The notes beneath the pieces are model-generated. The model did no database searches, had not been told where the DNA came from, and worked only from the letters and a program-made list of their open reading frames with translations. Positions 8,856 to 16,034 of a stretch of DNA of 29,122 nucleotides are shown one piece after another (the stretch's first letter is position 1; each line of letters begins with the position of its first letter). Origin of the DNA: Candidatus Auribacterota bacterium (GTDB lineage: Bacteria > Auribacterota > JAFGBW01 > JAFGJP01). The stretch is taken from positions 1 to 29,122 of the forward strand of contig JAFGJP010000022.1 in NCBI GenBank assembly GCA_016929035.1, written 5' to 3'. A program made the position numbers and the translations under genes.

Positions 8856-8900
8856 GATACAAGATTCACGATACAGGATGCAGGATAAAAGAAGCAAGAA
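8856..8900 (+). repeat. GATACAG-type heptamer array
   Basis: GATACAA GATTCAC GATACAG GATGCAG GATAAAA GAAGCAA GAA; inverted relative to 7683-7724. Confidence 0.85.
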
Positions 8901-8901
8901 G

Positions 8902-8933
8902 CCCTTCGACTCACTGCATTCGCTCAGGACAAG
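8902..8933 (+). repeat. REP-like CCCTTCGACT..CGCTCAGGAC motif
   Basis: Single copy in window; resembles an intergenic repeat type recalled from other bacteria, not verified. Confidence 0.35.
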
Positions 8934-8955
8934 CAAAGAAGTAAGATGCAGAAAA

Positions 8956-9054
8956 AATGAATCTCTCCGGGCTAAAGCCTGGAGTCTTTATAAAAGACCC
9001 CGCTTCGTAACATATCGCAAAAATCCACCGTGGAATTCGCGCATCGATTAAAGA
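8956..9054. mobile_element. Non-autonomous hairpin element, IS200/IS605-end-like, copy A
   Basis: Hairpin CTCCGGGC-TAAA-GCCTGGAG; 55/66 identity of 8974-9039 to 12279-12344; no transposase. Confidence 0.55.
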
Positions 9055-9123
9055 TACAGGAATAACCATAAAAATAAAGAAAATAGAAGAGAGAATAGAA
9101 AAAGACAATATACGATCAAGTGT

Positions 9124-9215
9124 ATCAGATCATAAGGATATCAGGTTTTATTTTTTTCTGATGCCCTGGTGCCCTGATATCCTGCCTCCTGGTTTCCTGA
9201 TAATCTGATTTCCTG
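9124..9215. repeat. NNNATCAG octamer array with local inverted copy
   Basis: 9158-9215 CTGATGCC CTGGTGCC CTGATATC CTGCCTC CTGGTTTC CTGATAAT CTGATTTC; GGATATCAGG (9136-9145) is the exact complement of CCTGATATCC (9173-9182). Confidence 0.8.
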
Positions 9216-9226
9216 TTTTTATTTAT

Positions 9227-9706
9227 CTATAACAGCGCATTGATCTTTTCGCGGATATCTTTGAAAACATCCACTCGTTCTATAGACGTCTGGTCTTTGT
9301 TAATAAGAAAGTTTGCGGGCACGCCGACTATCCTGTAAGAACTGGCCGTCTTTGCTTCCCTGTCGATCAGCGTTGTATACATGATTCCTTTGTCGCGAAC
9401 AAGGCTTTTGACCATGTTTTCTCCCTCGGTGATGTTTACGTAGAGCACCTGGAAAGGCTTGTCCTTATATTCTTCATGCAGCTTGTTAAGATAAGGGATT
9501 TCTTGCATGCAAAACGGGCACCGGCTGAATCCAAAAACGAGAAGAACGACCTTTCCTTTCAGCTGGCTGAGAGTCACGTCTTCACCGTTTACGCTTTTCA
9601 GGGTAAAGTCCTTGACGCTGATCGGCTGACCGGCCAAGGAGCAGGAGGACAAAGAAAGCAAAAGAAAAAAGAAGATGATGATTTTAAAACAAGAAAAATT
9701 TTTCAC
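9227..9706 (-). CDS. TlpA/ResA-like thioredoxin-fold disulfide reductase, probable lipoprotein
   Basis: DFTLKSVNGEDVTLSQLKGKVVLLVF, CPFC CxxC motif, VPANFLINK; lipobox-like LSSC; GTG 9706 after GGAGG. Confidence 0.9.
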   Translation of the reverse strand: MKNFSCFKIIIFFFLLLSLSSCSLAGQPISVKDFTLKSVNGEDVTLSQLKGKVVLLVFGFSRCPFCMQEIPYLNKLHEEYKDKPFQVLYVNITEGENMVKSLVRDKGIMYTTLIDREAKTASSYRIVGVPANFLINKDQTSIERVDVFKDIREKINALL

Positions 9707-9758
9707 AAAGCCTCCAAATGTCAAAATATTTTTTAAAGAATTAAAAAACAGAATTTCA

Positions 9759-10569
9759 TTAGAAAAAAGATCGCGCCGCTAAATAAACAAAGTAAATTCC
9801 CATAAAAATAATCACAGACGCCAGCACTTTTTTGACGGCTATCATCCATTTCCCGCTTTTGAGAAGGCTTGTAAAAAGTGATGAAAATGTCCCGGCAAAG
9901 AGGAAGATCATACCGAGACCCATGGCATAGGTGAAGAGAAGAAGCGAGCCATACAGAATGGAAATTTTTTTAGAGGCGACATAAGTCAAAAGAGCGGCAA
10001 GAACCGGCAGTGTGCATGAGCCGACAACCAGTCCTGAAGCCATGCCGATGAGAAAAGCTCCTGCGTATGTTCCTTTGAGCTGAGACGGGATCTTGCCCGC
10101 AAAGCCTTTTTGAAGGAACCGGGGTATGGGGATCAGGAAAATATCCAGCATGGAAAAGCCGAAGAAAATAAAAATAGCGCCAACGAGGATATTGGTGACC
10201 GGATGTGCTGCGATTCGGCCAAAGAATGTGCCGGCTATCGTGCTGAAAGCACCAAGCGCCGTATAAGTCAGGGCAAGTCCCAGCACGTAGCTCAGAGAAA
10301 TAAGGAAGGCCTGGAGGCGTGAGGAGACGTTCTGGCTGCCGATAAAAGCCACAGTAATGGGGAATAACCGGGTAAACGCACGGAGTCAGGCTGACGGCAA
10401 TGCCTCCGAAAAAAGCGAGAACAAAAGCCAAAAAAGAGCCTCTCTCAAGAGCTTCCTGAAAGGTTTGAGGAATATCTACCGATTGAACAAGAAGGGCATA
10501 GGCTATATAAAAAACAGCAAGCCCCGCAAGAACATAAAGAGGAACTTTAAATTTTTTGAAAAAATTCAT
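9759..10569 (-). pseudogene. ccdA: Cytochrome c biogenesis CcdA / DsbD transmembrane protein, interrupted by a +1 frameshift
   Basis: ORF 9970-10569 carries SLTPCVYPVIP; ORF 9759-10352 carries the rest, including GSCTLPVL. Deleting one G of GGGG 10359-10362 gives a continuous 269-aa protein reading PVIPITVAFIG. Confidence 0.85.
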
Positions 10570-10651
10570 ATTACCTTACATTTTTACCTAAATAACATAA
10601 AAAATAAAAAAAATATTTCTAAAAATAAAAAAAGTTTTTTGGTTATTTTTA

Positions 10652-11254
10652 TCAAAGCAGGCGTATAAAGCAAGAATAAATGACGTAAAGCAGGACAAGA
10701 AGGCTGGTAAGCCCGATAGGAACTCTGTATTTCATAAAGAAGGTGTCGAAATTTTTAAAGAAATCCAGCTGTTCATAGATTTTTTCAGTTGAAATCCACT
10801 GGTTGAAAAAACTGGAGACCGCAGGGAATTTTTGAGGAGAAAAAAACATGAGAACGGCGAAGACCACGCTCAAGCTGAGAAAGATGAAAAAAAACCAGGC
10901 TGAACTCTCAACAATAATGACTGTTAGCCATTCAATTCCTTTTCCTGTCTTGATGAATCTGGAAGTATCAAAAAACGCTTTATTTTTAAAAAGAACATAA
11001 AGGCTGAGCGAAGCAACGATAATAATAAGACAAGAAAACATTCTTATGTGGGGAAGGATTTTCTTCTCTGCATCCCGTCGTTCTTCCAGACGTTTTTGAA
11101 GAGCATTCGAAGAGATCGTGATGTTCGAAGCTTTGGCGATCCGCTCAAAAAGATGAGGGCTGAGCAGCAGCAGGAAAACGAGAAACAGTGAAAAGGTCGA
11201 AAAGGAGAGGATCGTGATCTGAAAAAACTGGATGATAAGTCTGTCAAGGCTCAT
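10652..11254 (-). CDS. Hypothetical membrane protein with two-fold internal repeat
   Basis: About four hydrophobic segments; AAGGA upstream of ATG; matching residues at offset 107. Confidence 0.8.
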   Translation of the reverse strand: MSLDRLIIQFFQITILSFSTFSLFLVFLLLLSPHLFERIAKASNITISSNALQKRLEERRDAEKKILPHIRMFSCLIIIVASLSLYVLFKNKAFFDTSRFIKTGKGIEWLTVIIVESSAWFFFIFLSLSVVFAVLMFFSPQKFPAVSSFFNQWISTEKIYEQLDFFKNFDTFFMKYRVPIGLTSLLVLLYVIYSCFIRLL

Positions 11255-11281
11255 GATAATTATATCCTTGTAATTTATATA

Positions 11282-11310
11282 AGTTTACAGAAAAAGCGGG
11301 CCTTTTTCAA
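11282..11310 (-). promoter_or_regulatory. Putative sigma70 promoter of the membrane protein gene and possibly ccdA-tlpA
   Basis: TTGAAA-N17-TAAACT on the minus strand, ending 27 nt before the ATG. Confidence 0.55.
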
Positions 11311-11327
11311 GGAGGAAAGTATGGGTA

Positions 11328-11378
11328 AATCAAAAATCAAATATAAAAATAAAAAGTCAAAGATTAAAAATCAAAAAT
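11328..11378 (+). repeat. AAAAATC-type heptamer tract
   Basis: AATCAAAAATCAAATATAAAAATAAAAAGTCAAAGATTAAAAATCAAAAAT; shares AAAAATCAAATAT with the minus-strand tract at 26958-26987. Confidence 0.65.
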
Positions 11379-11465
11379 ACATGTGCTGTTAAGAAGAAGT
11401 GTTTACAAATAGGTCATTATTATGCGGGTGACATGATGTGTTCTGAAGCAGAGCGTGCCGACACG

Positions 11466-12101
11466 TCAGATAGGGATAACATGAAAGATATCCTTGAGGT
11501 CTTTCAGTACGTAGTCAGGATTTTCCTTCGAAAGAGTTTCTTTTGACTGGTAGCCTGTTAGAACAGCGGCCGTCTTGAGCCCCGCCTTTTTCCCGGCGCG
11601 GATATCATGGGTCATATCCCCGACATAAACCGTTTTATCCGGCTGGAACCCCATGTCCTGCATGAGGTTTTCTATGGCTTCTTCCTTGTTGGGGATATCT
11701 TCATAGATTCTGTCAAAATAGTCGCGATCCGGAAAGAACCGCTTTGTCTCCAGGCTGACAAAGGAGTGAGAGCTGAGGACGACCAGAACTTTTTCCTGCA
11801 TTTTGAGATTTTTAAGAACCTCTTCAACGCCGTCTATGGGAGCAGGCATGGAATTGTTTTCAGTATAGAATTTTTTAAAGATTTCCCCAAGTTCTCTTTC
11901 GTCTGTCCTTCCCAGATACTCCCGGCAAAAATCCATGTAGGGAAGCCGGAACCTTAATCGGAATTCTCCTATGGAAAGAGGCGGCTTTTTGTAATGCGCA
12001 AAGATCTTCAGGTATGTCTGAAAAACGAAGTGAAAGTCATCGCTGATGACTCCTGACCAGTCAAAGATAAAGTTCTGTATTTTGTGGTTGTTGCTTGCCA
12101 T
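11466..12101 (-). CDS. HAD-superfamily hydrolase (phosphoglycolate-phosphatase-like)
   Basis: Start reassigned to ATG 12101 after AGGA; FIFDWSG motif I, VVLSS motif II, PNK motif III, YVGDMTHDIRAGKKAG motif IV. Confidence 0.9.
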   Translation of the reverse strand: MASNNHKIQNFIFDWSGVISDDFHFVFQTYLKIFAHYKKPPLSIGEFRLRFRLPYMDFCREYLGRTDERELGEIFKKFYTENNSMPAPIDGVEEVLKNLKMQEKVLVVLSSHSFVSLETKRFFPDRDYFDRIYEDIPNKEEAIENLMQDMGFQPDKTVYVGDMTHDIRAGKKAGLKTAAVLTGYQSKETLSKENPDYVLKDLKDIFHVIPI

Positions 12102-12120
12102 ATTGCTTTTCCTGATGAAG

Positions 12121-12129
12121 ATTATACCA
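12121..12129 (-). promoter_or_regulatory. Extended -10 promoter element of HAD gene
   Basis: TGGTATAAT on the minus strand, 19 nt upstream of ATG 12101; -35 is weak. Confidence 0.5.
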
Positions 12130-12230
12130 GATAATGGAAAATGGTGATAATATCCTGTACGCATTTTCAAGTCAAAGAAAAGTTTTGTGTTGTTTTTAAA
12201 ATAAACACATGACAAAGCAGGCAGAGCAGG

Positions 12231-12484
12231 AATGAACCTCCCTGGGCTTCCCTCTGAGGTGGATACGCTTAATGCGGAAAAGCCCGGGGTTTCTTTTAAA
12301 AACCCCGCTTCGTAAAATACCGCAAAAATTCACCGTGAAATTCGAAGAATTCCCGGAGGTAAGTCCTCGGAATTTCTGATGAAATTCCAGAGGGTCTACG
12401 ATATTTTTGCGACACTCAGCGGGATAATCGTCTGCGCTTTCATCTCCGGCTTTATAGGCGGGGAATTCGTGCATCGATTAAAAA
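12231..12484. mobile_element. Non-autonomous hairpin element copy B with two nested insertions
   Basis: Collinear with 8956-9054 (15/18, 55/66 and 20/22 blocks), interrupted by 30 nt (12249-12278) and 125 nt (12345-12469). Confidence 0.6.
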
Positions 12485-12526
12485 ACCTATTGCAAAATTT
12501 TTCCTAACAGTTAATAATAAACACAT

Positions 12527-13054
12527 ATGAAGCAAAACAGAAGAAAACTTTTGATCAATTCCAGAACAAAGTCCATCTTTGCTCTTTTTGTTGTTTTTTC
12601 CTTCATCGTGGCTTTTGTTTTTCTCGGCTGGGAAATCATCATACAGTTTGTTTACTTCAACCATTACGAGCTTTATGAATCGTTGTTCGGTTTTTCCAAC
12701 CTGGGGCTGCTTCTTAAGTCTATCCTTCTTGTTTTCTGGGTGGGTTTTACATTTTTTTCCGCTTATTTTTATATGGAAAGCAAATACAGCGGGATCTTTG
12801 CTCGGATGGACAGGCTTTTTACAGATATCAGCCAGGGGCAGGACAAAAGGCTTTTTTTCCGGGAAAGCGATTCTTTTGCCTATATCGCTGAAAGCTTCAA
12901 CCGCATGGTTGCTAATCTGAAAACAGGTGGCGATATTTCACAACAGGATAAAATTCAGGAAGTTGTAAAAAAATTGGAAAACTTACTCCAGCGTGATGAT
13001 GTTCCAAAGCAGGAAATCGAGACGATTCTCAAAACGATTAAAGAATTTTTGTAA
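12527..13054 (+). CDS. Membrane protein with HAMP-like domain and no output domain
   Basis: Two hydrophobic helices followed by FARMDRLFTDISQGQDKRLFFRESDSFAYIAESFNRMVANL and a short helical tail. Confidence 0.75.
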   Translation: MKQNRRKLLINSRTKSIFALFVVFSFIVAFVFLGWEIIIQFVYFNHYELYESLFGFSNLGLLLKSILLVFWVGFTFFSAYFYMESKYSGIFARMDRLFTDISQGQDKRLFFRESDSFAYIAESFNRMVANLKTGGDISQQDKIQEVVKKLENLLQRDDVPKQEIETILKTIKEFL

Positions 13055-13062
13055 ATTTTTTC

Positions 13063-13091
13063 TTTACAGACACTGTTCTTTCTAATACAAT
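13063..13091 (+). promoter_or_regulatory. Putative sigma70 promoter of pyr operon
   Basis: TTTACA-N17-TACAAT immediately upstream of the PyrR-binding loop. Confidence 0.7.
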
Positions 13092-13104
13092 GACGCAGAA
13101 TCAT

Positions 13105-13137
13105 CCTTTTAAACTAGTCCTGCGAGACTGGAAAAGG
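13105..13137 (+). promoter_or_regulatory. PyrR-binding RNA stem-loop (anti-antiterminator)
   Basis: CCTTTTAAACT-AGTCCTGCGAGACT-GGAAAAGG; has the CUUUAA-like and ARUCCNGNGAG-like elements; CCTTTT pairs with AAAAGG. Confidence 0.85.
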
Positions 13138-13169
13138 TGAAGGCAATGAAAAAAAATAATAAAAAATTG

Positions 13170-13204
13170 ACCCGTCCATTAGATTCAGTGGATGGGTTTT
13201 TTTT
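13170..13204 (+). terminator. Intrinsic terminator of pyr attenuator
   Basis: 11-bp stem ACCCGTCCATT/AGTGGATGGGT (two G-U pairs), 6-nt loop, 8-T tract, upstream of pyrR. Confidence 0.85.
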
Positions 13205-13273
13205 GCCCGCCTCCGCGCAACCTTAAAGCATAGCGAAGGCTTATGCGCTTTGGCGAGGTTTTAAAATGAGGGT

Positions 13274-13831
13274 ATGATGAACGAGCGAAGTATCATGACA
13301 GAAGACGAGATCAAACGGGCGATGATGAGGATTGCCCACGAGATTCTCGAAAAAAACGCAGAAAGAGAAAATCTTGCTCTTGTCGGCATCAGGACCAGGG
13401 GTGTTTTTCTTGCCCAGAGACTGCAGGAAAATATCAAAGGTATCGAGGGCATCACGGTCCCTATGGGGATTCTTGATATCACGCTCCACAGGGATGATCT
13501 TGATCAGCTTCCGACCATGCCGATTGTCGGAAAAACCGAGATCAATTTCGATATAGCCGACAAAATCGTTATCATCGTAGACGATGTCCTTTTTTCCGGA
13601 CGGACCGTTCGGGCAGCACTTGATGAAATCATTGATTTTGGACGTCCAAAAAAAATTCAGCTGGCTGTTCTCGTTGACCGCGGGCACAGGGAGCTCCCCA
13701 TCAAGGCGGACTATGTGGGAAAGAATATCCCGACTTCTCTCAGCGAACAGGTTAAAGTCTCTTTGAAAGAACATGATGAAGAGGAAGGAGTTAAAATCCT
13801 ATGCACAAATGGAACCGAAAGCACCTTCTGA
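13274..13831 (+). CDS. pyrR: Bifunctional pyr regulator / uracil phosphoribosyltransferase PyrR
   Basis: [41 protein letters not shown]. True start may be the second ATG at 13277. Confidence 0.97.
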   Translation: MMNERSIMTEDEIKRAMMRIAHEILEKNAERENLALVGIRTRGVFLAQRLQENIKGIEGITVPMGILDITLHRDDLDQLPTMPIVGKTEINFDIADKIVIIVDDVLFSGRTVRAALDEIIDFGRPKKIQLAVLVDRGHRELPIKADYVGKNIPTSLSEQVKVSLKEHDEEEGVKILCTNGTESTF

Positions 13832-14748
13832 GCATTGAAGAACTGTCCAGGGAAGAGATACTGACGGTTCTGCAGACGGCAGAGTCTTTCAAAGATATCT
13901 CTCTGCGGCCGATAAAAAAGTCTCCAGTGCTCCGCGGAAAAACCATTGTCCTTCTCTTTTACGAACCGAGTACAAGGACAAGCAACTCCTTTTCTCTTGC
14001 CGCCAAGCGTCTGAGTGCCGATGTGGTGAACATATCAGTCAATGCGAGCAGCGTGCAGAAAGGCGAGTCCCTGATAGACACAGCGAAAAACATTGAAGCC
14101 CTGAAGATTCACACGATTATTATCCGTCACTCGCGGGCCGGAGCGCCGATGATACTGGCCAGGCACATCGATGCATCGGTTATCAATGCCGGTGACGGAT
14201 ATCATGAGCATCCGACCCAGGCTCTTCTCGATATGTTCACAATCAAGCAGAGGAAGGGATTTTTTGAAGGCCTTAAGGTCACGATCGTAGGCGACATTCT
14301 CCACAGCCGGGTCGCACGGTCGAACATCTGGGGGCTTTCAAAGCTGGGTGCAGAGGTGACTGTCTGCGGCCCTCCGACCATGATACCTGTTGATATTGAA
14401 GCAATGGGAGCAAAGGTCAGTTACAACCTGAAGGAAGCTGTCGCTGATGCGGATGTTGTCAATCTTCTTCGCGTTCAGTTTGAAAGGGAATCCGGCGTGC
14501 TGTTTCCCTCTGTGAGAGAGTACGCGGCGATGTTCAGCATGGACGATGAGATGGAAAAGTATCTGAAAGAAGATGCTCTGATCATGCATCCGGGCCCCAT
14601 CAACAGGGGGGTTGAGATCTCATCGCGCATGGCTGACGGGAAAAGGTCTGTCATTCTCGAACAGGTCACAAACGGGCTGGCGGTAAGAATGGCCGTGCTC
14701 TATCTTATCTCTGGTGAAAAGGAGAAAACCCGGAAGAGTAGCCTATGA
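13801..14748 (+). CDS. pyrB: Aspartate carbamoyltransferase catalytic subunit
   Basis: [50 protein letters not shown]. Confidence 0.97.
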   Translation: MHKWNRKHLLSIEELSREEILTVLQTAESFKDISLRPIKKSPVLRGKTIVLLFYEPSTRTSNSFSLAAKRLSADVVNISVNASSVQKGESLIDTAKNIEALKIHTIIIRHSRAGAPMILARHIDASVINAGDGYHEHPTQALLDMFTIKQRKGFFEGLKVTIVGDILHSRVARSNIWGLSKLGAEVTVCGPPTMIPVDIEAMGAKVSYNLKEAVADADVVNLLRVQFERESGVLFPSVREYAAMFSMDDEMEKYLKEDALIMHPGPINRGVEISSRMADGKRSVILEQVTNGLAVRMAVLYLISGEKEKTRKSSL

Positions 14749-16034
14749 AAACGTTAATAAAAAATGGGAAAGTGATTGATACCGAATCATGCAGCATCAG
14801 GGAAGCGGATATCCTTGTCGAAGAAGCCCGCATTGCTTCCATCAGGAAAAATATAAAAGAAGAGGGCTGCGAAGTTTTTGATGCAAAAGGGCTGATTGTC
14901 TGTCCGGGCTTTATTGATCTTCATGTGCACCTGAGAGAGCCGGGTTTTGAAGCGCAGGAAACAATAGAGACAGGTACAAAAGCAGCTCTGAAAGGCGGTT
15001 TTACAACAGTTGTCTGCATGCCTAATACTAATCCTCCCGTAGACAATGAAGGCATTGTCTCTCTGATCAAGCTGCGGGCGGAAAAGGACGGGTATGTTGA
15101 AGTCTTACCGACAGCCTGCATCACCAAGGGGCGGCTGGGGGAAGAGCTCGCAGAAATAAGCAAGCTTGTTGCCGCAGGCGCCTGTGCGATTTCCGATGAC
15201 GGCTCCACAGTGATGAACAGCTTGGTCATGCGAAGAGCGCTTGAATATATCAAAATGTTTAACATTCCTTTAATCGACCATTGCGAAGACCATCATCTCT
15301 CAGACAGCGGCCTTGTGAACGAGGGATATTGTTCCACTTCTCTTGGCCTCAAGGGCATCCCTTCTGCCAGCGAAGAAATCATCGTTCTCAGGGATATCCT
15401 GCTGTGTGAGTATGTGAATTCGCGCGTCCATATCGCCCATGTCAGCACAAAGGGCTCTGTCAGTCTCATAAGAGAGGCCAAGAAGCGCGGAGTCAGGGTG
15501 ACGGCGGAAACGGCACCGCATTATTTCAGCTTAACCGATAAATCGCTTGTCGGCTATGACACAAACTTTAAGGTCAATCCTCCTCTGCGGTCATCCGAAG
15601 ACATGATAGCCATACAAGAAGGCCTCAGAGATGGAACTCTGGATGCCATCGCGACTGATCATGCGCCGCATACAAGCGATGACAAGGACAAAGAGTTTCA
15701 GGATGCTCCTTTCGGGATGATAGGTCTTGAAACGTCTTTTGCCGTGGGCATCACAGAGCTTTACAGGAAAGATGTTCTCAGCCTTCCGGAACTGGTTCAG
15801 AAATATACTGTCGGACCCGCGTGTGTCCTGGGATTGGACAAGGGTATCCTTAAGGAAGGGCATGAGGCCAATATCACCATCGTTGATACGGAAAAAAGTT
15901 TTATGGTCAGAGAAGATTTCTTTGCAGGAAAATCAAGAAATTCTCCTTATCTGGGCAGAACTCTTCAGGGAACTGTTGAAGCGGTGTTTGTCAATGGAAA
16001 CTTGAGATACAACAAAGGCAGTTTTCGAAAATGA
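14745..16034 (+). CDS. pyrC: Dihydroorotase (type I)
   Basis: PGFIDLHVHLREPG, MPNTNP, HCED, HIAHVST, ATDHAPH, SRNSPY. Confidence 0.96.
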   Translation: MKTLIKNGKVIDTESCSIREADILVEEARIASIRKNIKEEGCEVFDAKGLIVCPGFIDLHVHLREPGFEAQETIETGTKAALKGGFTTVVCMPNTNPPVDNEGIVSLIKLRAEKDGYVEVLPTACITKGRLGEELAEISKLVAAGACAISDDGSTVMNSLVMRRALEYIKMFNIPLIDHCEDHHLSDSGLVNEGYCSTSLGLKGIPSASEEIIVLRDILLCEYVNSRVHIAHVSTKGSVSLIREAKKRGVRVTAETAPHYFSLTDKSLVGYDTNFKVNPPLRSSEDMIAIQEGLRDGTLDAIATDHAPHTSDDKDKEFQDAPFGMIGLETSFAVGITELYRKDVLSLPELVQKYTVGPACVLGLDKGILKEGHEANITIVDTEKSFMVREDFFAGKSRNSPYLGRTLQGTVEAVFVNGNLRYNKGSFRK

